Source of the DNA: Longimicrobiales bacterium
GTDB taxonomy: Bacteria; Gemmatimonadota; Gemmatimonadetes; Longimicrobiales; Gaopeijiaceae
Length of the DNA: 64,000 bases
Direction: 5' to 3'
Assembly: GCA_965202985.1 (NCBI GenBank)
Contig: CBDBCF010000001.1
Span: 736,001-800,000 of the forward strand
Each line of letters begins with the position of its first letter. Position 1 is the first letter of the stretch. Both the position numbers and the translations under genes were made by a program. Below are positions 19,312 through 28,590 of this stretch, piece by piece. The notes under the pieces were generated by a model, which made no database searches, was not told where the DNA came from, and saw only the letters and a program-made list of their open reading frames with translations.

Positions 19312-19681
19312 TTACGACGCCACCCAGGGGTTCAGCAGGTCGAGGCCGGTCGGTTCGAAGTCCTTGACGTTGCGGGTCACGATGGTCAGCCGGTGCCGCA
19401 GCGCGGTCGCCGCAAGGAGACCGTCGATCGCCGGAATGTGGCTGCACAGGTGTCCGGTCAGCCTGCCCCATTCGAGCACTATGGCCGCGTCCACGGGCAG
19501 GAGCGATCTCTTGGCGTCGCCGCCTACTCATATGCTCGGCGCCTCGGCGAAGTTCGCCCATCGTCAGCACGCTCACGAACAGGCTCTCGGGAGCGACGGA
19601 TTCGAACCAGGACACGACCGCAGGCGATGGGCACGGCTTCCCGAGTTCCGAGATCGTGCACGTGTCGATCAGGTAGCCCAC
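19312..19681 (-). pseudogene. vapC: VapC PIN-domain toxin, frameshifted/internally deleted
   Basis: N-half 'YLIDTCTISEL...SVLTMGELRRG' and C-half 'IDGLLAATALRHRLTIVTRNVKDF...LLNPW' are in different frames, breaking near 19500-19510. Confidence 0.85.
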
Positions 19682-19941
19682 GGCTCGACCTCCGACAGAT
19701 CAACGGCCCTGGGATCGGACCGGCTGCGCTCGACGTCGATCTCCACTCCGGCCATGGGAGACGACCGAATCACCTCGGCCAGCGACTGTTGCTGGGCCTT
19801 GCGCCGACGGTACTCCTCCACCGACACGACGACCGCCGCGGGCCGTCCATGCTTCGTCACGACCTGAGGTCCCTCGTTCGACGCATCGCGCAACAGCTGG
19901 CTGAAGCGCGCCTTGGCTTCGTGAACCTGCCACATGGTCAT
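19669..19941 (-). CDS. Phd/YefM family antitoxin
   Basis: MTMWQVHEAKARFSQLL...GPQVVTKHGRPAAVVVSVEEY; overlaps vapC start. Confidence 0.92.
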   Translation of the reverse strand: MTMWQVHEAKARFSQLLRDASNEGPQVVTKHGRPAAVVVSVEEYRRRKAQQQSLAEVIRSSPMAGVEIDVERSRSDPRAVDLSEVEPWAT

Positions 19942-19981
19942 TGGTCTCGTCTCCTCGCCGATCTCTCCCTTGGGTGCGTTG

Positions 19982-20000
19982 TGACTATTATGACCATAAT
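19982..20000 (-). promoter_or_regulatory. Probable TA autoregulatory operator/promoter
   Basis: Tandem 9-mers TGACTATTA/TGACCATAA in an AT-rich patch, overlapping CATAAT (-10-like, minus strand), upstream of the antitoxin. Confidence 0.45.
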
Positions 20001-20009
20001 GGCGACCCA

Positions 20010-23000
20010 CTACAAGAGGGACGGCTGGTACGGGCCTAGGCCGGGGGCCCGCGTGCGAAGGTGGTTCTGGATGTACTCCAGGGTCGCGCGCTCTTCGGAG
20101 TTGGCGGGGGCCAGCTCGATGAGGGCCTGCACGAGCTTGGCGAAGAGGTCGTGGCGCCAAAGGCCGCGGATGTCCAGGTAGGCGTCGACGCGGGACTGTT
20201 CGCCGGTCTTCCACAGCTGCATGAGCTTGTGCACGCAGTCGATCAGAGGCGGGGGCGTGCCCGTGGACGACGGTTCGCCCAGCGTCTTGGAGCGGCGGCG
20301 GTTCCAGGGGTTGAGCCGGGCTTGGTTGCCGGAGACGGCCGGGGAGCCGGCGGCGGGCGAGTCAGGGGCGTCCGCGTCGGTCTGGGCGCTCCGGCGATCG
20401 CCACCTCGGAGCAGGATGTCGTGGCGTCCGGCCAAGTCCGTGTCGGAGACGTTGCAGGAGACGGCGTAGAGGATGCATGCGCCCGCCGGCGCCGGCCCCA
20501 GGCCGAAGTCGCTCCGGTGCAGCAGGTAGTAGGTGGTCGGGTCGTCCAGGTCCTGCACGGGGGCATCGTCCTCGCCGAACAGCCGGCTGACGACGAAGCC
20601 CACGACCATGCGGCGAACGTGCCGGAGGAAGTCGGCGACGGCCAGCAGCTCGTTGGGCGTGTCCGTCTTCTTGACGACGGGGTGCTTGCTGAACGCCTCC
20701 AGCGCGGGGCCGGTTGCGGCCCAGACGAAGTCGGGACCCCGAATGCCGGCGTCCCAGAAGTCGCGGAGGCGGGTCGTAATCTTCTCCTTCATCTCGCCGA
20801 GCACCGGGCCGTCCCAGCCGGGGCGCGCGGTGCGCGGGCGCTTCCTGCACACCAGCCAGATCGACGACGACAGGGCCGCGGACGACAGCGACCGCTGGCG
20901 GTTCTGCATCTCGGTCTGGATCGGCCACGAACCGACGACCACGAACCCGGCGCGGATGAGCGCCGAGACCAGCGTCTCCCAGGCGTCGGGCTGCTTGTTG
21001 GCGAAGACGATCACCAGTCTGCCGTCGTCCCGGAGAGCCTCCCAGAAGCGCTTGAAGGCCCGCGCCATGCCGTCTTCGTAGTTCTGCTTCGAGGCCTTCT
21101 GGTCGCCGCCGAAGCGGGCCGCGTCGTCGATCAGCTCGCCGTCTTGTGCTTCCGCGTTCCACTTGGGCCCGAGCGGTTCGGCGAAGGCTTCGTCGATCTC
21201 GCGCGAGAGTCCGTGCAGCGTTCGTCGCAGCCACACGTGGAAGAAGTCCATCAAGTCCGAGTACGGGATGGCGTCGTAGTACGGCGGATCGGTGCAGATG
21301 ACATCGAAGGAACCGGGGAGCGGCGCCATGGCGGACTGGCGCAGCACTTGGGGCATCGGCGCGCCGGCGGTCGCGTCGTCCAGATGCTCGGCGACGCGGG
21401 CGATCCATTCGACGGAGGGGCGGAAAGCGCCAGTGGTGTCGGCGAGCGGGCAGGACTCGGCGAAGTCCCAGACCATGGGGAGGGCAAAGCGGGCGAAGGT
21501 GCTGCGAATTTTTTCGGGATTGTTGGTCCAAGTGGCCAAGCTGCTGCCGCGGTCGGCGATGCGGCTGATGGTGAGGGCGAGGAATGCGGTCAGGGCTTCG
21601 CGCCATTCCGGCGGGTAGTGGTCCGACATCTCGTCGGAGCACCGGCGGATTTCTTGAACCAGCGTGCCCAGAGCCAGCAGCTGGCGGTTCGTGAAGAGCT
21701 TCCGCCAAGTGTCGAAGCCGTAGCCATCCACCGAAAACGCCCTCGATGCCCCCATGCCGGCCTTGGGCGTCGGTTCATTCGGCAGGCCGAAGGGAATGTC
21801 CGCAAACGCCGACTCCAGCACGGCCTCATCCACATGCGCGGCCCGCCGGTCCTCGTCGTTGGGCGCTCGGTACTCCTTGCCCTGTTGACCGTCCACGACG
21901 ACCGCGGTCAATCGTTCGCCCAGCAGTCCCGACCGTCCGGCCACCCGAAGGTCGGACATGGTTGCAATTACGCCGCAGCCCGGGCACATGACGCCACTAC
22001 TGGACATCGTCCCCGCGCCAAGCTCCTGATCATGCGCACGTTTCTGCGCCGGCGTGGCGAGGTTAGCCGGAACCGGGACATCGTTCTCAACGCCGAAGAC
22101 TACGCCTTCTTCGCCCGCCGTCATCGTCAGCCGAACGCGCTTCTTGTCCTTCTTGCACAGCCAGCGCGTCTTGAGCAGAGGCACCTCGGCCCGGCAAGAG
22201 GCGCAGCGCGTCGTCCGCGCCCACAGGTACGCGACCGTCGGCTTCACGACCCAACGCGGGTTGCCCTCGTCTTCCAAGTAGTACGAGTCGAACTCGGCGT
22301 TGAGCGCATCGGGCGACACACGGCCTTCGTCGTCGGGCTCGAGCAGCTGCGCCGGTCTCGCCTTGTAGCGCTTCTCCGGTCGGGCATCGGCGCGTCCCCG
22401 GCCCTTCCGGCGTACGGGCTCGAACTCCGCGTACGTGGGATACCGAGACGCGAGCCGCTTCCGCGCCCGGGCAAGCACTAGGTCGCCCCAGGCTCGGAGA
22501 TGCCACGCGAAGCTGGCCGGCATCTCGGGCGAAACGTCCGTCGCGGACACCAGCAGCTCTGCCGACTGCCCCTCGCCATGACCCAGCATCGCGAGCCCTT
22601 TCTCGAGGGCGGTGCGGCTCTTCAGCCCGCGAGCCTTCAAGAACTTCTCGGCCAAGCCGCGGTCGCGGAGCGCAAACGCCGGAAACGGCCGTTGCTCTCC
22701 CCCGACCAGTCGCGGGTAGTGGAGCGTGCAGCGCAAGATGAACCAAGCTACCGGGCTGAGGTCCGCCGCCACCGCCTCGCACCCCAGCCGCATCGCCTCC
22801 AACGGAATCGCCCCGCCTCCGGCAAACGGGTCGAGCACCCGAGGCGCCCGCCCTTCAAAGACATCTTCCACGTCGCGCTGGTACGCCTCGATCCGCCCGA
22901 GCGTCCGTCCGTCCGACTGAACGCGCCCTTCCCTTCCCCATCGAAAGATGCCGTCCCTGGTCTCCTCCCGCGTCACCTCCCCCGACGCATTCGTGACTTC

Positions 23001-23228
23001 GGCAACCGTCCCCGCCATGTGGCGAACCATTTCGTACCGTGCTTCCCATCTCTTCGGCTCCGGCAGCAAGGTCGTCAGCAACGCCGCCCGGCTGGCCGCC
23101 AACGGCCGCCGTGCCGGCCATATGTGAAGCGTCGAAATGTGCCCGTGCCGAACGTTCTTCTCGTGAACCGAGTCGAGGGACACCTGCTTGACCGGAAAGG
23201 CAGCCTCGATAAGGCGACGGTCACTCAC
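20010..23228 (-). CDS. DUF1156 adenine-specific DNA methyltransferase (restriction-like system)
   Basis: 'RHGHISTLHIWPARRPLAASRA', SAM motif DPFAGGG, CxxC Zn ribbons, catalytic DPPYY. GTGA overlap start at 23228. Confidence 0.9.
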   Translation of the reverse strand: MSDRRLIEAAFPVKQVSLDSVHEKNVRHGHISTLHIWPARRPLAASRAALLTTLLPEPKRWEARYEMVRHMAGTVAEVTNASGEVTREETRDGIFRWGREGRVQSDGRTLGRIEAYQRDVEDVFEGRAPRVLDPFAGGGAIPLEAMRLGCEAVAADLSPVAWFILRCTLHYPRLVGGEQRPFPAFALRDRGLAEKFLKARGLKSRTALEKGLAMLGHGEGQSAELLVSATDVSPEMPASFAWHLRAWGDLVLARARKRLASRYPTYAEFEPVRRKGRGRADARPEKRYKARPAQLLEPDDEGRVSPDALNAEFDSYYLEDEGNPRWVVKPTVAYLWARTTRCASCRAEVPLLKTRWLCKKDKKRVRLTMTAGEEGVVFGVENDVPVPANLATPAQKRAHDQELGAGTMSSSGVMCPGCGVIATMSDLRVAGRSGLLGERLTAVVVDGQQGKEYRAPNDEDRRAAHVDEAVLESAFADIPFGLPNEPTPKAGMGASRAFSVDGYGFDTWRKLFTNRQLLALGTLVQEIRRCSDEMSDHYPPEWREALTAFLALTISRIADRGSSLATWTNNPEKIRSTFARFALPMVWDFAESCPLADTTGAFRPSVEWIARVAEHLDDATAGAPMPQVLRQSAMAPLPGSFDVICTDPPYYDAIPYSDLMDFFHVWLRRTLHGLSREIDEAFAEPLGPKWNAEAQDGELIDDAARFGGDQKASKQNYEDGMARAFKRFWEALRDDGRLVIVFANKQPDAWETLVSALIRAGFVVVGSWPIQTEMQNRQRSLSSAALSSSIWLVCRKRPRTARPGWDGPVLGEMKEKITTRLRDFWDAGIRGPDFVWAATGPALEAFSKHPVVKKTDTPNELLAVADFLRHVRRMVVGFVVSRLFGEDDAPVQDLDDPTTYYLLHRSDFGLGPAPAGACILYAVSCNVSDTDLAGRHDILLRGGDRRSAQTDADAPDSPAAGSPAVSGNQARLNPWNRRRSKTLGEPSSTGTPPPLIDCVHKLMQLWKTGEQSRVDAYLDIRGLWRHDLFAKLVQALIELAPANSEERATLEYIQNHLRTRAPGLGPYQPSLL

Positions 23229-24157
23229 GTCGATCTGGCCAAGTGCTTCCGCCACAGGTAGCTGGCAAATGAAGCGCATGCGCCGAACATGAACACGGCA
23301 TCGTCGCCGTCCACACGTGCTTCGTCCTCATCCAATAAGGCATGCCGAATGCCCTTCTCATCCGACGTATACCCATAGAGGCTGAGTATGGCTTTTCTGA
23401 GTGCAGGATGAAAAGCAACCTGTTTTTCCAATAACTGTAGCGCAACCCCGAGGGTGTTTGCACTTGGAGCAATTTTTCGGGCCACCGATTCAACCGCGTG
23501 GATGCTCTCCCGGATGCTGTCTGCCCATTGACGTCGATTTATGCGCTCGGACGACTTTCGAAGATGTGAAGCACTGCCTTCTAGCCCCGCTTCATTGAGT
23601 TCCTGCAACGACGATAGTATCGACTTTCCTTCTGCATCAGTCGCTATCGGCACTATAGTAGGTGGCCCACTGTCGTCTATTGCGTACGCCAAACCGCTGT
23701 CGGCAAAAGCCTTCTTCATGTCGTCAATAAGGGAAGGAGGGCATTTCGAATGACGCATGACAAATTGTATTAGGTCAAAGACAAAATTGAACGGTTGTGT
23801 CATAATGACATGCTGAAACTGGTGTGCTACAGAATCTCGTTCGTTTGACCACTGATCAAGAGGACGAACAAAAAAATAGAGGTGTACATCTCGTGAAATC
23901 ACCGCCATATCACCTTCAATCAATCTAATAAACGTCAGGCTACGGCATCGATTGACATAATCTGTCAGGACATTCGCGATACGTGTCCGTGCTCTCTGGC
24001 CCAATTCTTCAAGTTTTAGCATTGCCGGCATCGGCTCGTAGTTGTGTGCTTGCGAGAATGTCGGCAACGCATGTCTTTCCATCTTCTTCAACCGGCTAGC
24101 CGGCAACTTCCGCAGATCTTGGTTCCGGGGATCGACCTCCACACCCATGGCTCCCAT
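23225..24157 (-). CDS. AbiJ-NTD4-like protein with C-terminal HEPN-like domain
   Basis: 'TFSQAHNYEPMP...L', 'SIRESIHAVES', 'HPALRKAILSLYGYTSDEKGIRHA'; AAGAGGAGG RBS before ATG 24157; low GC. Confidence 0.7.
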   Translation of the reverse strand: MGAMGVEVDPRNQDLRKLPASRLKKMERHALPTFSQAHNYEPMPAMLKLEELGQRARTRIANVLTDYVNRCRSLTFIRLIEGDMAVISRDVHLYFFVRPLDQWSNERDSVAHQFQHVIMTQPFNFVFDLIQFVMRHSKCPPSLIDDMKKAFADSGLAYAIDDSGPPTIVPIATDAEGKSILSSLQELNEAGLEGSASHLRKSSERINRRQWADSIRESIHAVESVARKIAPSANTLGVALQLLEKQVAFHPALRKAILSLYGYTSDEKGIRHALLDEDEARVDGDDAVFMFGACASFASYLWRKHLARST

Positions 24158-24263
24158 TCGTTGTTGGCCTCCTCTTTTGGGTTTACCCGAATCAATGGAT
24201 GGCCTCCGTCCACGACATCCTCCAGCAAGTCGCCAACTGTTGGGCCGTCTTGGCAAGACACCA

Positions 24264-25394
24264 CTAGTGGTTTGCTCTACTCCGAAGCGCGGCCATCACG
24301 CTTTGCCCTGCCCGCTTGGCGTACAGCGGTGGGACTGCGTTGCCGACCACGCGGCACACAGCCTCCATCTTCTCAGTGACGAACCGATACTTCTCCGGAA
24401 ACGTCTGGAGCAGGGCAGCTTCCCGAACCGATATGGTCAGCCGGCTCCGATCGGGATGACCGAAACGCCCCTTACTGGCCGTCGTGCACCCGCCCGTAAT
24501 CGCCGGTGCCACGTCGTCCCAATGCATCCTTCCGTACGTATTGGTAAACCCGCGGTACCCACCCTGGTGGCACCGCGGCCGCACACACTCGCCGAGATTC
24601 AACCACGTCTCGCCCGGCTCGGCCGCCCGAAGCCGTCGCTCGACTTGCGGCTGAAGGTCGCGAACCACATGCCAGTTGTGGCGTAGCGGCCCACCGGTGC
24701 GACGTGCGGTTTTGAGCGTCACAGGCTCCCCCATGTGGGCAATGGTGCTTCGCACTGTTCGCCACGGCCGGAGCTTCGCCCCTGATCTGGGCGATCTCTC
24801 GTGACTTGCCGCCGGCAACGCAATCGGAAAGCCGCGTCCCGCCAGAAACACCAAACGCCTTCGCGACTGCGGAACCCCGAAGTCCGCCATCTGGTCGATT
24901 CGCCAGCCGCACTCGTAGCCCGCAGCCTCGATCGTCCTGGTGAATCTTCTAAAGATGTCTTTGCCACGACTCAGCAGCCCGGGCACGTTTTCCATCAACA
25001 CCGCCCTCGGTCGGAGCGCCAAGACCAGCTCCGCCATGACAAGCAAGAGCTCGTTCCGAGGGTCGTCGTGCCCGTACTTTGCCGTCAAAGAACAGAATCC
25101 TTGGCAAGGTGCACACCCGGCGAGCAATGATATGTCCTTCGTTCCGGCCGCCTCGACGATCTCGTCTGCGGTTACACCTTGAATGTCCCTTTCCAGTAGT
25201 CGCGTCTTGCGATTGTTCCACCGATAAGTACGTGCCGCAACTGAATCGTTCTCCACCGCTGCCATCACGCGGAAGCCCGCTTCCCGAAGCCCCGCCGTGA
25301 GGCCACCACATCCCGCGAAGAGGTCAACAGCGACATGTGCCTGGCCAACCATATTACTCACGTCGGACTGGCTAGCCGGCATCATAGGTGTCAT
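24264..25394 (-). CDS. dcm: DNA (cytosine-5)-methyltransferase (second, divergent)
   Basis: [25 protein letters not shown], 'KGRFGHP', GNAVPP. Start may be slightly downstream. Confidence 0.92.
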   Translation of the reverse strand: MTPMMPASQSDVSNMVGQAHVAVDLFAGCGGLTAGLREAGFRVMAAVENDSVAARTYRWNNRKTRLLERDIQGVTADEIVEAAGTKDISLLAGCAPCQGFCSLTAKYGHDDPRNELLLVMAELVLALRPRAVLMENVPGLLSRGKDIFRRFTRTIEAAGYECGWRIDQMADFGVPQSRRRLVFLAGRGFPIALPAASHERSPRSGAKLRPWRTVRSTIAHMGEPVTLKTARRTGGPLRHNWHVVRDLQPQVERRLRAAEPGETWLNLGECVRPRCHQGGYRGFTNTYGRMHWDDVAPAITGGCTTASKGRFGHPDRSRLTISVREAALLQTFPEKYRFVTEKMEAVCRVVGNAVPPLYAKRAGQSVMAALRSRANH

Positions 25395-27321
25395 CCTTCA
25401 CGATCCTTTCGATTCTTGGGTCGTCTTGCGGCGCCCGCTTGGTCACCACCTCGAGATACTCAGCATGTAGTGTCCTAGTGGTGTCCAACAGATTATGCCA
25501 CTTTCGGATGTCAAGGACGCCGTCACGCTGATACATGTCCGCAATCTGTTGATCGCTAAGTCGAATGTCGTCGGCAATCAGAAGTCCGCTGATCGTCTGG
25601 CGTCGATACGCGTCTGTTGTCGCGCCGTCCTTCAGCCTGGTGCGTAAGAAGTAGACATAATCACGCAGTTGATCGAGTTCCCGTCGTCCGACACGATGTC
25701 CGGGTCTCTTCACCTCGACGATATGCGCTGTCCGATACCGGTCGCCCAGGCAAAAATAATCGGGTCTCCTTTTCCCTTCGGCTTCCATGCTTGGTGTTGC
25801 GCCATCGAACTGTTCGACGAGAATACGATCAAGCGACGTCTCGTGAGTGAGCATCGTCCATCTGGGATCAATCAGCCAAGGGTACTTCTTCAAGTAGTCT
25901 TGCATGTCCGGCTTTTCTTTCATTTTGGCGTCGATCATTGCTTGGAATTTTGTGATTATCTCCACGCGGCCTTTGACGAGATGTGCAGTGTTGACTGCTT
26001 CAATGATGTCCCATTCAGACACGATCTCGCTAAATTTGTCGATATCATCGGCAGGCGCAGTATTCAACCTGCGAATTGCCTGCAAGAAGCTATGGTTCGT
26101 GAGCGCATTATAGGCAAATTCTACTAGTTCATCGGTGATTTCGCTGCCCTCTTTGTCTTTGCCCAACTGTGGAATAGAGCAGATGCGATTCACAACTTGG
26201 TCGAATATCTTTCGGTCGCGCGGTGGAAGTCTCTTGGCACGTTCAATATAGATAGTGACACGAGGATTCGTTATCTTCGCACGTCGTCGCTTGACCGTCC
26301 ACCCCTCTAGTAGATCTCGAATTTTTGATTGCCCCCATGCCTTAAGTGGCGCCGCCATCGGATCTTCCCACCGAACAGTCCCTCTGTCGGTTGCAATCAG
26401 ATCTCTATGGTCGTCCAAGTAGTCGGCTCGAATTTCGCCAGTGAGATACTGCATTCCATGTTGGCCCCACACGCCGCCGCTGAGGTCGAAGAACCACGGC
26501 GCTTGCGCTAGCTTCCCGCGAACATAGACGACAAAGCCACGCATTTCCTCGTCCGGAATCGTGTTCTTGCAGAAGCCAGCCCACCATTTCAAGCTATTGC
26601 CGTCGGGCAGCCGGCAGGTCTCCCAACTGCCAGCAATTTCGGGCACACGAAACTGGAAGGGTATCTCGTCACGGGAAATGAGAGAGCCGTTCACGTAAAC
26701 ACGGAAGCTGTCGTCAAGTACGAGCAGCCTTCGGGCAATGCTCCGCTTGAACTCGTTGGCATCGATTCGTCTAGTGATCTTGAGTCGGCTTAGGATGATT
26801 GCCGTCCCGGGAGCTTCGTCGGTGGGCTGGCCGTCGTCTTGAAGAGTCTCGGGTGTGTAACCGGCGGAATCGGCGAAGTCGGTGTTGCGGGTCAGCTCGG
26901 AGTAGTCCAGGGCAAAGTGGGCAACTTCTCTGTCCTTTACTGTACGAACACCGATGCGATCGGCGATTCCAAACGCTGCCAGCTTACCTATCCCCTTGCG
27001 GCCTTGTACCCGGCGAGGTTCGAGATCGTTGTATGGTGCGGTTCGCCCGGCCTGGCTGCCTCGCCGGTTCCTCCCGACATGGAGGTAGCAGTCGTTGCAA
27101 TCATCGAAGGTCATCCCGTGGCCGTCATCCGTGACCGAGATATCATCGTTCTCTTGGAGCGAACGTCCGGTTGGAATCTTGATCCAAACGTTTCTGGCCA
27201 TTGCGTCATAGGCGTTCGAAATCAGCTCGGCGATAGCGGGAACAGCCCCCGAGTACATCTGGAGCCCGAGGTGACGGAACAGTTGACCTGCTACGGTCAT
27301 CGTGTATGCGCGCTCGGACAT
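25372..27321 (-). CDS. GHKL (MORC-like) ATPase with C-terminal PD-(D/E)xK endonuclease (second copy)
   Basis: 'ELISNAYDA', 'DDGHGM', 'GRKGIGK'; 'RRPDYF...IVEVKRP'; AGGAG RBS; overlaps dcm. Confidence 0.82.
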   Translation of the reverse strand: MSERAYTMTVAGQLFRHLGLQMYSGAVPAIAELISNAYDAMARNVWIKIPTGRSLQENDDISVTDDGHGMTFDDCNDCYLHVGRNRRGSQAGRTAPYNDLEPRRVQGRKGIGKLAAFGIADRIGVRTVKDREVAHFALDYSELTRNTDFADSAGYTPETLQDDGQPTDEAPGTAIILSRLKITRRIDANEFKRSIARRLLVLDDSFRVYVNGSLISRDEIPFQFRVPEIAGSWETCRLPDGNSLKWWAGFCKNTIPDEEMRGFVVYVRGKLAQAPWFFDLSGGVWGQHGMQYLTGEIRADYLDDHRDLIATDRGTVRWEDPMAAPLKAWGQSKIRDLLEGWTVKRRRAKITNPRVTIYIERAKRLPPRDRKIFDQVVNRICSIPQLGKDKEGSEITDELVEFAYNALTNHSFLQAIRRLNTAPADDIDKFSEIVSEWDIIEAVNTAHLVKGRVEIITKFQAMIDAKMKEKPDMQDYLKKYPWLIDPRWTMLTHETSLDRILVEQFDGATPSMEAEGKRRPDYFCLGDRYRTAHIVEVKRPGHRVGRRELDQLRDYVYFLRTRLKDGATTDAYRRQTISGLLIADDIRLSDQQIADMYQRDGVLDIRKWHNLLDTTRTLHAEYLEVVTKRAPQDDPRIERIVKDDTYDAG

Positions 27322-27331
27322 GTTGTATCTC

Positions 27332-27724
27332 CTAAGCCGGTGCGTGGTGAGTTAGCGCAAGAGCCTTCAACCGCGCAGCCAGGAGCTTCCGCAACTCCTG
27401 GCGGACAACGTTCACCTCCACGCCCATGGATCGCAGGGCGGTTAGGCCGAGAAGAGGCTCGGCGCCCGGTTCGCCAGTGACGACCGTTCCGCCGACGAAA
27501 TCGTCCATGAACTCGATCTTGGCCACGGCGACATCCGCCTCCACCCGGCGTCCGTCCGCCAGCCGATGCGTGCGTCGCCCGTCGGACGCGAGGCCGACCG
27601 CCTCGATGCACTCGGGAGGGACCACGGTATTCGTCGCTCCCGTGCCCGCCAGGAACCGGCTTCGCCAACACCGGGACGGATCGGCTGGATTTCGAATCGT
27701 CACGTCCATATGAATGGCTGCCAT
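27332..27724 (-). CDS. Clan AA (retropepsin-like) aspartic protease homologue, catalytic Asp absent
   Basis: 'DVTIRNPADP...FLAGTGAT', 'LADG', 'EPLLGLTALRSMG'; the expected D-T-G reads G-T-G. Confidence 0.75.
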   Translation of the reverse strand: MAAIHMDVTIRNPADPSRCWRSRFLAGTGATNTVVPPECIEAVGLASDGRRTHRLADGRRVEADVAVAKIEFMDDFVGGTVVTGEPGAEPLLGLTALRSMGVEVNVVRQELRKLLAARLKALALTHHAPA

Positions 27725-27743
27725 TCGTCGGTCGTCCCTCCGT

Positions 27744-28435
27744 TCAGGTTGGCTCCGCCGGGTCCATTAGGGACTTGGGGGAGATCGTGTAGGTGGTCGA
27801 GACGCGCTCGCTGGCGAGCAGCTTGGCGAACGGGTTCCGGATGCGGACCATGGTCGGCTTGGGCGTCGCGCAGTTCCAAGTTACATAGAGCCAGTAGCTG
27901 TCGGCCAGATGGCGCGCCTGGGTCCATTCGTTGCCGGTTACGTGCACGCCGCCGTGGTCCCAGCGGCCCTTCACTTCGATGCGCCGGACCCGTCCGTTCG
28001 GCAGCTCGGCAAGGAGGTCGAAGCCGGGAGAGTCGGGAAGGCCGGCTACACGGGCAAGGGCGAGCTTGCTTACGTCCCGCACGACCGCATCCCGCTCCTC
28101 CTCCCAAGCGCACGGCGGTCCGCACGGCGATCTTGGTCGACGCGCTCGTCGTACCGGTCGATCTCGTCGCTGTTGGTGGCGGGCACGGCCAGCGCATGGA
28201 CGACGAACTGGACCTCCCCGGCCACGATCCGACTTGGCGCGGCCGCGAGCTCCGCCAGCCTCCGTCTTCTCCGCCAGGAGATCGCGCTGGGCGAGCTTGA
28301 GCGCTCGAGAGCCAGATGGATCAGATAGGGCTCCTTCGCTTGGGGGCGATGAAGATGCCGCCGCGCAGGGCGTCCGCGGCAAAGGTGCGCAAAATGTGCT
28401 CGCGCAGGGCGTCGAAAGACGAGGGCGGGGATGCG
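27744..28435 (-). pseudogene. Remnant of SNF2-helicase/DUF3883 gene (C-terminal part only, several frameshifts and deletions)
   Basis: Fragments across three frames: 'FDALREHILRTFAADALRGGIFI', 'EPYLIHLA', 'AGEVQFVVHALAVP...RYDERV', 'KIAVR', 'PGFDLLA...IEVKGR...NEWTQARHLADSYWLYV' (DUF3883). No helicase core present. Confidence 0.78.
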
Positions 28436-28480
28436 GCAAGGCCTTCTGGGCCAGTCGGCGGTCGATGGGGCACATATCAA

Positions 28481-28509
28481 ATGATAATACGACGACGCAC
28501 GAATTGCAA
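28481..28509 (-). promoter_or_regulatory. Sigma70-type promoter pointing into the defence island
   Basis: TTGCAA (28509-28504), 17-nt spacer, TATCAT (28486-28481). Confidence 0.65.
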
Positions 28510-28590
28510 GATCGACCGTTCGGAAGGTGAACGAGGGCGGTGCCGTCGACGGCCGACGGCCCGGCGCGCTTTGGGGTTGTTGTCTTGTTG

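Noticed and set aside
24158..24263. A second recombination scar between dcm2 and the AbiJ-like gene
   Set aside because: Only a weak resemblance (…ACGAATG) to the region before the protease gene; not significant.
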